From Octopus sinensis (Eukaryota): a DNA stretch of 64,000 nt. Positions 22,732-36,139 of the stretch are shown here, piece by piece. How positions within the stretch are numbered: position 1 is the stretch's first letter; each line of letters opens with the position of its first letter. Where the stretch lies: positions 42,594,001 through 42,658,000 of the forward strand of contig NC_043001.1 in assembly GCF_006345805.1 (NCBI RefSeq). Reading direction: 5' to 3'. The translations under genes and the position numbers were made by a program. The notes beneath the pieces are model-generated. The model was not told the origin of the DNA and ran no database searches. It saw nothing but the letters and a program-made list of their open reading frames with translations.

Positions 22732-23252
22732 TCCAAAATCTACCCATCAGCACAGGAGATAAAACAATGAACAAAATTTTAGGCTCACACAAAATTATCA
22801 AAAGCAAAATGCAACTGAAATGATAAAAAAAAATATTAACAATGGAACCAAAAGTGAAATAATGTGGTCGACCTAACTGTGGTACATATGCCCACCTTTT
22901 GGAAGGTTCAGAGTTTCACTTTCAACAAGATGAAATATTTAAGATTAAATCAAATTTCACCTGTGCCTTGCAAAACCCAATCTATGCCATTACCTGCTTA
23001 GGGTGTGGTAATCAGTATATTGGCCAAACAGGAATATCACTCTATGGAAGAACCACTCTCCACAAAGAACAAATCTGCCACCCACAATACAGACAGATAG
23101 AGGTCAGTGAACACATAGAAAGTTGTGCTAGGAACCTTAATCCTAATTTCCTAATTTTCCCCTTCTATCAGTACAGCAAAGAAAGAATAAAGAGGCAACT
23201 TTCATCAATGAATATCTTTCACAACTCAATATCAACATCATCATCATTATGA
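22732..23252 (+). mobile_element. PLE linker and GIY-YIG endonuclease (probable continuation of 19038-19526)
   Basis: CGRPNCGT, FTC..QNPIYAITCLGCGNQYIGQTG..HKEQI..VSEHIESC. Confidence 0.9.
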
Positions 23253-23443
23253 ACACATAACATAATACAGAACACTACTAACCTTTCAATTAATACAACT
23301 AACCCCATACATCCCATACACCATTCACATTACAGAATTATATATACCCTAATTGCACCAAATCCAGAACTACTTACCTCCTTTACACATAATCGTTTTA
23401 CTCAGGGACTAGTAGACCCGACACCATTCGGTAATTGGTGCAC

Positions 23444-23491
23444 ATTCAAAGCCAGTGAACAGTAATTTACGAAACTGGTATGCCTTTGAAT
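23444..23491 (+). ncRNA. Degenerate minimal type I hammerhead
   Basis: attcaaagcca-gtgaaca-gtaatttac-gaaa-ctgg-ta-tgcctttgaat; core has two substitutions versus CUGAAGA. Confidence 0.55.
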
Positions 23492-23641
23492 CTTTTTAAC
23501 AATTCACAATAATGACTTTTATTACTTTTATTCCTACCTCAGTTCATCTAATTGTATATATCTATCATTACTTTCCATAAAAAGCCTTTACTTTTTTGAT
23601 TTCCAATGTGCATTTTCACTTTTTTCTTCTTACTTTCCCCC

Positions 23642-23958
23642 TATATATATAAGTTAGAAATGGAAACCAAAATAATAAACTGAACAATTAAATAATTTAA
23701 TCATTAAATGATAAATTCAGTTCAGTTTTATTATTTTATACAAACAAATGACACATGTTGTAAATTACACCTGTCTGATGAAACCTCATTATATTTAAAA
23801 CGGTATTTTATTATTCTTGAAAAACCCGTTTTTATTAATGGTGTAGAAACAGCTGCAATTTACTAGATGTATCATTTGTTTGTATAAAAGAATAAAATTA
23901 AATTATCTAATTGTTCAATTTATTATTTTGGTTTCCTTTTCACTTTATATTTATATAT
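23642..23958 (+). ncRNA. Long foldback with a hammerhead core at its tip (inactivated)
   Basis: Arms 23642-23766 and 23857-23958 are complementary; CUGAUGA 23775-23781, long stem II, GAAA-cagctg 23846-23855. Confidence 0.65.
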
Positions 23959-24524
23959 TGATAAACTGTATGTTTATTTTATTTATTTATTTACCTGTTT
24001 GTTATGAGAGTTCATAACATTGTTATTTATATAGGTAAAAAAACAGTAAATCCTTTGGATATTCAATATCCCTTAGGTGGTTATTTAACACCTAACTAAA
24101 TTTTTATATATATATATAATTATTTGCAGGAGCCAATAGAATCAAGGTATTTTAATAAGGATAGCAAGTTAGAGTCAATGACAGTATACCTGTGTAACAA
24201 CGTGTACAGTCATTCCAGTTACACATACATCTACAACTACAGACCAAATACACTCAACATATATATGAAATTACACAAGAGTATACTCTGGCATGCAACA
24301 CAGTGAAAGTACCAAGTGTGATGTAGTATAATAATAACATATATGAGCTGATGTTCACTATAGCTGTTTCAGACATTTTTTTTTTTATTATTGAACAAAA
24401 CTGTTTCATCAGGTAAATTAAAGTTAAAATGAAATTTAACATTTAAGATTTTTCACACAATGAGTATAGAATGTATATTGATTCTCTCATGTTAGTGCCT
24501 GTGAAAAATCTTAAATGCTAAATC

Positions 24525-24755
24525 TACCAATCTACCTACTGACCTACCTACCTATCTACCTATCTACCTACTAACCTACCTACCTACCTACCTACCAGCC
24601 TACTTACTTGCCCACCTACCTACCTACCTACATACCTACATACATACATACATACATACATACATACATACATACATACATACATACATACATACATACA
24701 TACATACATACATACATACATACATACATACATACATACATACATACATACATAC
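24525..24755. repeat. (ACCT)n/(ACAT)n tetranucleotide microsatellite
   Basis: Direct inspection. Confidence 0.95.
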
Positions 24756-25111
24756 CCATCTACCTCAAGGTACAAGAAGGTGAATGTAAATGGAGTGGTA
24801 TAGAGTGGACAGGGTGAGTGAGCAGGGAGTTCATGAGAGTGCAAAGGGGGAGGGAAGAGAAGGAGAATGCAGTGTTTGAGGAACGTAGGTGTAGGAAAGC
24901 TATAATACAGTTGGCAGGGGGGGGGTGCAGGAGAGAGAGATAAAGTGTTGTTGGGCTGTAGGTACAGAAGGGGAGAGATAAGCATAATACATGAAGAGAT
25001 GTAGTTTGGTTCATTGGTGTGAGGTGTGTGAATTAATGTCAAGTGTAATACACTCAGAATTAGTTTTGCTAAGGTAGGTGGGTCTTCCCACAAGCCGCAT
25101 ATCACCAGACA

Positions 25112-26120
25112 TCTCGTTTCATTATCATCTTTTCCATGAGGCTCAACATCTTCAGATTGGCCCTCACAATTTCATCCCATGTCTTCCTAGGTTTTCCTCT
25201 TCTATCAGTTCCATCCACTTTAAGTGATCAGCACTTCTTAGCTGTCTTCATTTGTATGTACCATATGTCTAAACTATCACTGTTTTCTCTCTTGCATGTT
25301 ACACCTAGTTCCTCTTGTGCTTAACTTCTCTCAATATATTTGTTCTTAGTAGTACATACAAATTGATGTTGCATATCTATTGGAGAATACTACTTTCATT
25401 CTTCTCCAGTCTTTTTATGTCCTCTGCATTCAGAGCTCATGTTGAATAGCTTTTCTTACACAAGCATGGAGCATAGCTGTTCTTACACAAGCATCATGCA
25501 ATCTATCTTTCACTCTGAGAGAGACTGCCAACAGAAATAATAGATTTCTGAACTTTTTCCATTCTATTATTTTTCTAGCAACAATACTTTCAGAGCTTCC
25601 TCCTGTACAGCTAATTTGGTTACCTGGGTAACTGAAACTTCCTACAACCTCTAGGGAATCTTCTGGGCATATGAGAAAATCTAATTCCCATGTATCTTTT
25701 GTGCTTATTGTTCCTGCATATCTACTACACACAAAGACAACTTTCGTGGTTAACTTACCTATGATTCCACTGCATCTCATAAGAGTCCTTTGCTTGCATT
25801 GGGTACAACAAATGGAATACCTTTCCTACATACTGATCAGGGCCATTTACCTGGCAGAAAGAGAGTCATATCTGCTGTCTTGTGCTAACAGCCACTTTGG
25901 TCTTTGCTAGGTTAACATTAAGGCCCTCTAATTAAAGATTAATTTTAAGACCCTGGTGAACTATTTGTACACTAAATTTGTCACTGTACTCATGGAAAGA
26001 TGTTACCTACTGATAGCATCTCTATAAATGACATGTATGACTCTAACAAGACATTTGTGTCTTCCTAACTTCTTTAGAGACCACGAGATGACAGAGTGAA
26101 TAACTCTGTCAAAGGCTCTC
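25112..26120 (-). mobile_element. RTE-type LINE RT C-terminal remnant
   Basis: GLNVNLAKTKV, EVVGSFSYPG, SLRVKDRLHDACVRTAMLH, GKPRKTWDE. Confidence 0.8.
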
Positions 26121-26231
26121 TCTCTCTCTCACACACACACGCACATGTATAGATGGGTAGATAGATAGACAGACAGACAGATTGATAGATAGATAGATAG
26201 ATAGATAGATAGACAAACAGACAAACAGATA

Positions 26232-26960
26232 TGAGATGGTATCAAAAGGTTCCAAGACTAGTTATGTTTAATAAAAAATAACTTATTTACCTAAGTTTTA
26301 ACATCATCATCCTTCAAAATAGTCACCTTGCATGGCAATACACTGGTCCCAGCATTCCTGCCACTTTTGAAATCCAGTCTGGAAGTCATTTTCCATAAGC
26401 AGGACAAGGACCTTCTACAATTCAATTTTAATCTCGACAATGGTGTTAAAACAACAACTTTTGAGCTGCATTTTCATCTTGTAGAAGAGATGGAAGTCTG
26501 CAGGTGCTAAATTTGGAAAAAGGGCAGGTGTGGAAGCAATACCATGTTGCTTTTGATGAGAAACTCACAAGTGAGGAGTGCTTGGTGACAAGATGCATTG
26601 TTATCATGAAGAATCCAACTCTTCATGATCCACAGATCTGGTCACTTTTGCTGAATGTCCTTCTCAAACATCAGCAATGTTGTTGATGTTCATCTGACGA
26701 TCCTCATGCACAAGCAGATGAATTTTCTCCACATTTCTAGGGTGCCATTCATGGCCGGTCTTCCAAATCACTCATATTCTAGGGACGTTCTTTCGCCTTT
26801 GAAGCACCCATTCCACTTGAAACATTGCATATGACCAATTGCCACATCACCATAAGCTTGCCAAAGCGTGCTCAATGTCTCTGTCACAGACTTCCCAAGT
26901 TTAACAGAAAAACACAAATTTCACAACTTGCGAAGTAAATACAGTGATGTCACTCAGCGC
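26232..26960 (-). mobile_element. Mariner (DD34D-type) transposon remnant with internal deletion
   Basis: HDNASCHQALLTCEFLIKSNMVLLPH; TIR-like tgagatggtatcaaaaggttcc at 26232. Confidence 0.75.
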
Positions 26961-28429
26961 ATCAGTGTTCAGCAGCCTAGAAGCATATATCATTGAATGA
27001 TGGGCTTTAATGTTAGTGGAAAGCAGAATCACCAGTGCATTGGAAAAAAGACTTGCGGTATTTAGTTGTACTCAACACTGCTTTTCATTCTTCCAGGGTC
27101 AACTGTTAGCACATGAAAATGCTTAATGGCATTTCTTCCAGCATTTAACGTTATGAATTTAAATCCTACCAAGAACTTGGCCCTTTAACCTTTCAGGGTT
27201 GATAATGTAATGTATTAGCCAAATATTGATGTTGATGTAATTGACAAATCCCATCCCCCTGTAACTGTTGGTTTTGTGCCAATATTTGAAACAATTCTCT
27301 TGGGATCAATGCATCAGTCAAGTACTGAAACTGACTTGAGATTCCTATAAGGCAACCTAAATGCAAATAGAATCATAATATAAAACTTAGACTAAGACTT
27401 TCTTTTAGGTACCTTCCTCATGCTGTAATTCTGGGTCTTTCACTCCACTACATGCAAAACAATGGCCAGGACACAACTTTGAATCAATCAATTCAATCAT
27501 TAGATATGTTTGTTAGCCACATGGAGGTTATTGGATTTCATCGCATGCTATTTTAGTTGTCCCTCCCAAGCATCCTTAAGGAAATAAGTGGTAACTCATT
27601 TGAAAATACCAGATTTATTCAGCATGTTCAAAAGGACATGCTGCACGATTGGAAGCATTATTTTATATAAGTATTATTATTTGTAGTCATACCAATTTTA
27701 CAGCTGCTTTTGAAGTATAATTATTGTCAATACATATAAATGGATTCGTCTAGTCAGCTTAAAAGTGGTAGAAAGCCTAGATCATCTTATTGATTTAGCT
27801 ATTGGTGTACACTTTCATGAAAGTTTACAACAATCTATGGAAAGTGTGTATATGAAAATTAAAGTGGGCTCTAGTTAATGTGTGACTATTGATTAATCAA
27901 TGTATTTATGCCAGTTATGCACTAAATTGGGACAGAATGTTTTAAAACAGATTCTCTCTAAAAATGATCATGGTTGATCAGTGATATGCAAACAATACGG
28001 TTTAATCAAAGTGAGACATGTTTATTTGGTTTGTGCCAGTAAGTCATTTTTGAAATTTACTTATTTTCTTTTCCAGCATTTTCATTGTTGGTTAGAATTG
28101 GTCACTTTTTCCAAAATTTCAAAGTTTTATGTCTTTGAAAGAAATTATTAAATGCTTGATAAATTTTCTTCAATTTTCAAACATTTAGGAGCATTCTGGA
28201 TTTTTATATGACCAATGAAGTTATTTCTTAATCCACCATCTGGAATTCTTGTTTCCACATCTCCTCAACTAAGATGACTTTGTTAGCATCAGTACTATTG
28301 AAAAAGCCTTCTAATTTTTTTAGTCTGTATTCTCAGTTGCATATAGTCAATAAAATTCCTATCATACTTTTCTCATCTCTGCCCCATACATACAGTCACT
28401 ATTCTCTGTATGCACTGAACTAAGAAAAC

Positions 28430-29055
28430 AACCAGTCCCAACAGTGTTTCTTACATCACCCTCAAAGTGTTCCCCAGTGCCATCTTCTACTCTCAATAAA
28501 ATCATCAATTTCCTTTACAGGAGTCTATCTTAATCTTTTTAAGACATGCTACAGTGTGTCTGTTTCCAAGTATAAAGCATTCCCTTTCTCCTTACCAACA
28601 TTTAATTTAGTTCTCGTTTCAAACACTTCAAAAGTCTTTAAGACAGTCATAAACAATCAACCCTTTATGATCTTTTTCGCTCAGTAACTACAAATATGAC
28701 TTCCTTAGAGTCAAGTCTATAGGAGACTTGTTATCCTTTGTCACTTACTAGAGGTCTTGCATCTTCAGAAGTCCAGTGACTACAATGTATCAGCAGTTAC
28801 TAACTTATGCGTGCCATGTGAATTTCAGTTTTAGATCAGAAGATTCCTTACAGATTGTAGTATTTACTGATGGGTACACTCTAACCCACATTTTACTAAT
28901 TCTTATAACACACAAAATTTAGTTATATTTTCTACAATATCTTTCTGTCTTTTGTAACATGCTTCATCTATTGCTTTTCTTTCCCTCTGAATATTAATGA
29001 CCTACTTGCTGACACTTCTAACAATTCATGCTCATATGCTGATGATGCCACCCTG
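28430..29055 (+). mobile_element. Old CR1/Jockey-like LINE RT remnant
   Basis: SKVFKTVINNQ, LSNYKYDFLRVKSIGDLLSFVT, NINDLL..SYADDATL. Confidence 0.6.
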
Positions 29056-29599
29056 AAGATGTCTGCCAACAGACATCCTCCGCGTGAAGCCTAAGTAACC
29101 CACACCAAACATTTACTGCTGTCATCTGGTAAACTGATATAGGAGACTTACAAGTATTTGTTTTTTTTTATAAATACAATATTTATTTAAGCCACCACAA
29201 ATTTCATATATCTATACCAACATGTGCTGATACCATGAGTAAAAATATTGCTGCTATAATTAATTCTAGCATGAGACAAGGTCATGTTTCTTGTTTAGAG
29301 AATCTTTAATGTTGATTTAATAAAGGTTGTATATTATACCAGGAGTTTTACATACATTTTGGATTAGGTAGTATACGGAAGCATGACTCGTAATGAAAGC
29401 CTCAAATCGATCAAATACATGGAAGTAAATGATAATGATGAAAAAATGAAGGTGCTAGTGCAGGTGTTGTTGCTGATTTTAGTGCTGGCACTAATGCTGG
29501 TGCTGGTGTTGGTAGTGGTCATTATGCTCATTATCATCATCATTACTATTGTTGTTCTATTAGTGTGAATTGACATATTTCAGAAAGCACTGTGTATTT

Positions 29600-30690
29600 T
29601 CTTCTGTGATTTACATCAACAAACCAAGATTTTTTTTGCTTCTTTTATTTATAAGAGAATATAGAAAAGTGGTCAACTACCTCATTAACTGGGCTAGAAG
29701 AAAGGTCAGTTTAAATTTTTTTTCTTTAAACTGTTACACACTTTTGACATTTTCAATAGATAAATGTCAAAACTGTTTTGCAATATGCAGATGTCAAAAA
29801 GATTGTAAAATGACAGCCTTAGAAGTATCAGTAAGAGGCAGCAGTCACAGTGCTGGTAGCAATAAACAAGCATGACCCTTACCTTATTAATTAGACATAC
29901 AAAAAACTTAGACATTTCCATTTGCAAAACATAAAAAGGAAATACCGGAAAGAAAAATAATTCAAATTTGAAGACAAAATATGCCAAAAACACACAATAA
30001 CAATACTATCACAAACAAGAGTGAAATTCCATAATTTTTTGCAAACTTTGTGGAAGAAATTGGGGTAACTTGGTTGGGTCAGCTCAGAGGGAAAGAAAAG
30101 CAATAGATGAAGCATGTTACAAAAGACAGTGGCTCCTTGTCTAATGATTTTATGTAGGAGAAGGAAAGGAGAGTGTCGTATCTTTGTGTTTCAAAAAACA
30201 AGGGGGCTTCTATCATCAGAAAGCAGAGGAAGCATGAGGAAAGATAGAGATTGGAGAAAAGTGAAACCCCATCACCAAAAAAAAAAAGGGGGAAAAGAAA
30301 AAAGAATGAATCCAAACATAAGGTAAATAAGACAATGGAAGTTCCTCACAAAGCAGCATCCACCCCTATGAAATGTCTGAAATTTGTAGTGTTTAAAAGC
30401 TAAACAGGGTCTCATTTGACCTAATTTTGGTCTTAATAAACAATTATATGAATTACACACTGATAGTGAAGGAGATGGGATACAAGTACCAGAAGCCTCA
30501 TAAGAAAAGAATGTTAGTATAGATGGCATGAGCAGTATATCAATTGTTGAGGAATTATGCCTGAGATGTAAGAATTTTCACAACTCTGCTGAAGCCAAAA
30601 ATGTTCAGGGTCAACTTTAGAAAACTCAATTTGTGGAAGTGATCAGAGTAGAAGATAGTCAGAATGGTAATGTACCCTGATTCCACATAA
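29600..30690 (+). pseudogene. Degenerate Lys/Glu-rich coding-like remnant, first half resembling a LINE ORF2 linker
   Basis: QKDCKM..HDPYLIN*TYKKLRHFHLQNIKRKYRK..LWKKL; multiple stops, identity not secure. Confidence 0.25.
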
Positions 30691-31487
30691 GTGGCAATTT
30701 CTTAACCTGTATAAATGTATTGCCTTTATTTATTCTTTTTTGTATTTATTGGTATTTACATCTATTTTATTTATACATTTATTGATAGCAAGATCTAAAA
30801 TATAACTATTGGTGTGTGTCTGCATCCTTGCTATAGAGAGCAGTTGTAAAAGCTTAATTTTTCTTAATTATCAAAATGTCCAGAAATAGAAACTCCTTTC
30901 ATTCATTTCTCTTGTGACTTGGATCAATTCATGAATGCTATTAATTTCTGTAACATGAAGCAGTCATATAGGAATCTTTTCTATCTAAGAATCTCTCCCT
31001 TACATTTGAGTCCTGAGGTTGACTGCATCAACCCCTCCCCACAAATTTCTCTATAGCAGAAAGGACTATTATTATTGTTGTTGTTGTCATCAATAAAATA
31101 AGGTACCAGTCAGATACATGAGTCAATGACATCAACTAATACCCTCCTCTCAAACTACTGGCCTTGAGTCTAAATCAAAAAAATAATTATTGTTATTGTT
31201 GTTGTTGTTGATGTAATATATTATAAGTGTCAGTTTGTGATAGAAAAGAGGAATACACTGATGATAGGACTTTTACCTGATATTTATCTCTTGTGTGACC
31301 TAATTTGAGAAGTAGTAATAAACAGAGTTACTAGTAACACAGTTGTCGTGATAGACACGTGGCTTGAATAACATACACGACTCTATTTCACATTTGTATC
31401 TCAAACTGAGATATCTGATGTCTCATGTCATTTATATAAAAACTATCATAAATTAATTCATAATTGTTGTTGTTGTTGTTGTTATTT

Positions 31488-31848
31488 TGCAGGCTTGGCT
31501 GCATGGTAAGAAGTTTGCTTCCAAACCACATGGTTTCAGGTTCAGTCCCACTGCATGATACCTTGAGCAAATGTCTTCTACTATAGCTTTGGGCTAGCTA
31601 AATGTTGTGAGTGGATCTAGTAAATTTAAATTGAAAGAAGCCCATCATGTATACATGCATGTATGTCTTTGTGGTTGTCCCCTCCCCCACTAACAGACAA
31701 TTATTGTTGGGTTTTTTTACACTCCTATAAGTTAGTGGTCCAGCAAAAAGTAACTGATAGAATAAGTACATACTGGGGTGATTTGTTTGACTAAATCCTT
31801 CAAGGCATGGCCATAGACCACTGGCTGAAACAAGTGAATGATAAAAGA
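31488..31848 (+). mobile_element. Major SINE, full-length old copy
   Basis: Colinear with 54442-54860 from head to gaaacaagt tail. Confidence 0.8.
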
Positions 31849-31858
31849 TCGTCATTAA

Positions 31859-32110
31859 GGTGTAAGAACCAAATACTCAGCCTGAGTTCAATTCCTGGAT
31901 AGGGTGACATGTTGTGTTCTTGAGTAAGGCACCTCTTTTCACATTGCTCCACTATACTCAGCTATAATAAAAACCAGTTGAGTACTCTCGCAACCTTTTC
32001 TCCTTCTGGCTCTCACATTCTGGATGTCTTACTGGGTCAAAGGCTTGAGGGCTGAGTGGTCGTCTGTATCTGCTTGTAACTACATAAGTGCCTGAAACAA
32101 TTAGTGAAAG
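31859..32110 (+). mobile_element. CORE-like tRNA SINE, degenerate
   Basis: gagttcaattcc B box; gtgttcttgagtaaggcac...ttgctccactatactcagct; related to 934-1127. Confidence 0.55.
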
Positions 32111-32326
32111 TACAGTGCATACTTTCAAATCATACTCACTTGCAAATGATGGTTATGGTTTATTATTATTATTATTGTTTATTATTGTTGTTATGTTGTT
32201 ATAGTTATTATTATTTTTATCTTCATCATCATCATTACATGTTTTAACAATTATGAAGTATAACTTTCAATGGTCTAAAATAATCTCACCATGTGTATTT
32301 CTTGTGTATATATATATATATATATA

Positions 32327-33622
32327 TCATCATCATCATCATCGTTTAACGTCCGTTTTCCATGCTAGCACAGGTTGGACGGTTCGACCGGGGTCTGGGA
32401 AGCCAAGAGGCTGCACCAGGCTCCAGTCTGATCTGGCAGTGTTTCTACAGCTGGATGCCCTTCCTAATGCCAACCACTCCATGAGTGTAGTGGGTACTTT
32501 TTACGTTCCACTGGCACAGGTGCCAGGGGAGGCTGGAAGCAGCCACGATTGGTTGGTGCTTTTCACGTGCCACCAGCACGGAAGCCAGTCAAGGCAGTGC
32601 TGGTATCGGCCACGTTCAGATGGTGCTTTTTATGTGCCACCAGTACAGGTATCACAACTACAATTTCCATTTGATTTTTATTTTGATGTTGATGTACTTG
32701 ACTCAATAGGTCTCCTCAAGCGCAGCAGGTCACCCTATGATCCAAGGTTAGCAGAGCAGGTCGTTCTGCGATCCAAGGTACTTTGGATGGGCTGGGGCTT
32801 CTATGCAAAACTGGTGCAGGAAACAGCCATGAACTCACATTAGTTGTCGGGTCTTAGTAGTCACAGCATATCTCCAGAAATCTCAGTTTTCATCATTGCC
32901 TCTGTGAGGCCCAACGTTCGAAGGTCATGCTTGACCACCTCATCCCATGTCTTCCTGGGTCTACCTCTACCCCGGATTCCTTCAACTATTTGGGAGTGGC
33001 ACTTCTTCACACATCTCTCCTCATCCATCTGTAGTACATGACCATACCAGTGCAAACGTCTATCTTGCACACCACATCCGATGCTTCTTATGTCCAGCAT
33101 TTCTCTCAAGGTGCTTACACTCTGTCGTGTGTGCACACTGACATTACACATCCAGTGGATCATGCTAGCTTCATTTCTTTCAAGCCTATGCATATCCTCT
33201 GCAGTCACAGCCCATCTTTCACTACCATGAAGCATGGCAGTTCGCACACATGCATCGTACAATCTACCTTTCACTCTGAGCGAGAGACCCTTTGTCACCA
33301 TTAGAGGTAGAAGCTTTCTAAACTTTGCCCAGGCTATTCGTATTCTTGTGGTGACATTCTCTGAGCATCCACCTCCACGACTAACTTGGTCACCTAGGTA
33401 GCGGAAACTGTCAACTACTTCTAGTTTCTCCCACTGGAGTGTAATGGAATCTGTTTTCTGAGTATCTGTGGTGTCTATTGCCCCTGTGCATCTGCTGCAT
33501 ATGAAAGCTATCTTGGTTAATTTTCCTTTGATGTTGCTGCACCTCTTATGCGTCTATAGCTTACACTGGGTACATCTTATGGAGTTTCTACCTACAACTT
33601 TTCTACAGATCGAGCAGGGCCA
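32327..33622 (-). mobile_element. 5'-truncated RTE-type LINE inserted at (TA)n
   Basis: ORF 32861-33301 KGLSLRVKGRLYDACVR..RRLHWYGHV..GRPRKTW; 3'UTR and (gat)n tail. Confidence 0.92.
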
Positions 33623-34127
33623 CCTACCTGGGGAGGGGGGTGAATGAGTTTGCCTTCCTACTTACTATAACTTTAGTCTTTGCTTTTCTCTCATACATAG
33701 ACACAAATACACTTAATGGAGAGACTACCCTTGAATATATCATAACAAGGTCATGTATAAATTGACCCACTGAACAACAAATTATGGACTGAACTGAACA
33801 ATTTGACTTACATTTTTTACTGCCCATCGTAACTTCAGTTGACTTTTTTTTCTCTTTTTTAAGCAGGGAGTGGGGGTATATTTTATGTCACTTACACATT
33901 TCGTAATAGTTATTCTTTCTCTACAATAAATAATATATCTGTTGGTCTTCAGTTTTGTTGTCTTATGACAAATGTACTGTATGAGGATTACTGAAGCATG
34001 TCTCTACCTGTAATCAATAGCAGCAATAATAAACACCTCTATTGGAAAAGAAATTAGACCATTTTCATATCGATATCTTGTATATAACCCTTTCTCTTAA
34101 AGGCACAAGGCCTGAAATTTTAGGGGA

Positions 34128-34300
34128 GGGGGGCTAATCAATTATATCGACTCCAGTGCATAACCAGTGCTTATTTCATCAACCTCAAATGGATGAAAGG
34201 TAAAGTCAACCTCAGCAGAGTTTGGACTCAGATCATAAAGACAAGAAATACTGCTAAGCATTATGCCTAGCATACTAATGATTCTGCCATCTTGCCACCT
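34128..34300 (-). mobile_element. Second SINE family copy
   Basis: ggatgaaaggtaaagtcaacctcagcagagtttggactcaga. Confidence 0.7.
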
Positions 34301-34669
34301 TACATATCTTGCACATAATGCAACTATACACACAATGCTAAAAGCTAAAACTAATATGTTCTATGAGATTGTTGTTGAAAATTATTGTATATCAGATACT
34401 AAATAATGACAATTATAGCTATGTTAAATCAATCCCAATGACACAGCAACATATTAATTTGTTCCACGTTTTGATGGTGTGAGTCATAGGTGAATGTTGT
34501 CTGTAACTCAATGTAAAACAAATATTGTAAGAGACATCATTCAAAAAGCATGGGTTTTTAGTCTTCTCATCAATGTTTACATTTTTTTTGCTGATCTGCA
34601 TCAATGAAATAGGTATGCATACATACTACACACACACATACACACACACACACGTATTTATACATACAC

Positions 34670-34671
34670 AT

Positions 34672-34705
<34 letters not shown>

Positions 34706-35740
34706 CCACCACCACCATCATCATCAACATCATCATTATCATCATTTAGTGTCCATATTCCATGCTGGCATGTATTGGGCGATTTAACTGAATTTGATTG
34801 GTCAGAGGACTGCACCAAGCTCCAATGTCTGTTTTGGCATGCTCTCTACAATTGGATGCCCCTTCTAATAGCAGTTGGTTTACAAAATGTAGTGGATGCT
34901 TTTACTTGTGATCAGTACCCAAGATGGTGGCAAGTAACTTGCATGACAAGTTCCCTTATTAGGGTGGTATAGTTTTGAGGAAGGCAGCTTATGCCAGGTG
35001 CTGAGAGACAAGCATATGATACAAGGATAAGAACAATTGGCTTGCTGTAGAGGAAATACATAGTTACTCCAACAGGAAAAGGAGAGAAGATGGTGGTGAT
35101 GAGGTTTCAGGATGCATCATCATCATCATCATTTAACATTTGCTTTCCATGCTGGCATAGGTTGGATGGTTTGACAGGAGCTGGTTAGGCCTGGGGCCAT
35201 ACCAAGCTCCATTGTCTGTTTTGCCATGGTTTCTGCTACTGGATGCCCTTCCTAATGCCAACCACTTTACAGAGTGTACTGGGTGTTTTTTATATGGCAT
35301 TAGCACCAGTGCTTTTTACGTGGCACCAGCACTAACAGGGTCACCAAGTACCTTGCAAAACAAAAAAAGGTAAAAAAACCCTCAACTGGGAGGGGACATT
35401 AGTACTGAGGAGTGGGGTGGACTTTGTGCCAGTTGAGAGATTAAAGGTATAGAGGGACAGTGATAGGTGTCTTGCTGTAGATACATGGATACCCACATGA
35501 GAAAAGAAAGGAAATTGAGTTGGAGAGTAATATTTGGAATGTGACAGTGAGAGAGATGATGGCAAAGATGTGTTGAGATATGCCTTTGAGGGACATATGA
35601 GGTTGTAGGGTGATACATAGGTTTGGACTGGGTGAGTGGACAGGATGAAGTGACTGTAGCAAATGATGGAAAGAAATATTGGAGAGGTTTGGAGACAGGG
35701 GTTGCAGCAGATATGTGAGTGCATTATGTATGTGTATGTA
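34670..35740 (-). mobile_element. Two RTE-type 3' tails with long 3'UTR
   Basis: (cat)n plus tttccatgctggc...ggatgcccttcctaatgccaacc at 34670-34960 and 35115-35340. Confidence 0.7.
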
Positions 35741-35749
35741 TGTATTCTT

Positions 35750-36000
35750 TTATTCTTTTACTTATTTCAGTCGTTTGACTGCAGCCATACTGGAGCACTG
35801 CTTTCAACAGTTTTATTTTTAGTCGAATGAATCAACTCCAATACTTATTTTTTAATTCTAGCACTTATTCTACCTTTCTCTTTCACCAAACCACTAAGTT
35901 ACAGGGATGTAAATACACTGACACCAGTTGTCAAGTGGTGATGGGGAGACAAACACAGATACGAAGATGTACACACATATACATACACACACACACACAC
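35750..36000 (-). mobile_element. Major SINE 3' half
   Basis: ttttacttatttcagtcgtttgactgcagcc...ggagacaaacacag. Confidence 0.75.
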
Positions 36001-36139
36001 ACACACATATGTAGAAGGTTGAAAAGGAACACACAAATTGATATATATGGGGGAAAAAGTCAAGGTAGAAAATGCTAAAAGTTTCTGTGTTGTTGTTGAG
36101 CGTATTTGGACTTGTGTTCGGAAACTTTTCATAGATTTA

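Noticed and set aside
24045-24110. Two small hairpins as a minus-strand HHR remnant
   Set aside because: Neither CUGANGA nor GAAA is recognisable enough.
27409-27880. Possible host exon (VPSSCC, tetraspanin-like) or stop-poor frame
   Set aside because: No convincing donor or further conserved cysteines; another frame weakly resembles Tx1 RT (LNQS..D..SH), so decayed LINE is as likely. Unresolved without a search.
29053-29100. Hammerhead-like ctgaaga-hairpin-gaagcctaagta
   Set aside because: GAAA is altered, extra bases follow stem II, and there is no stem I partner; it overlaps a YADD-coding LINE remnant.
29656-29704. Exon-like EYRKVVNYLINWARRK resembling NDUFS7 (LVNWARR)
   Set aside because: Short match with wrong spacing, no other NDUFS7 exons in the window, and it lies in a decayed LINE-like stretch.
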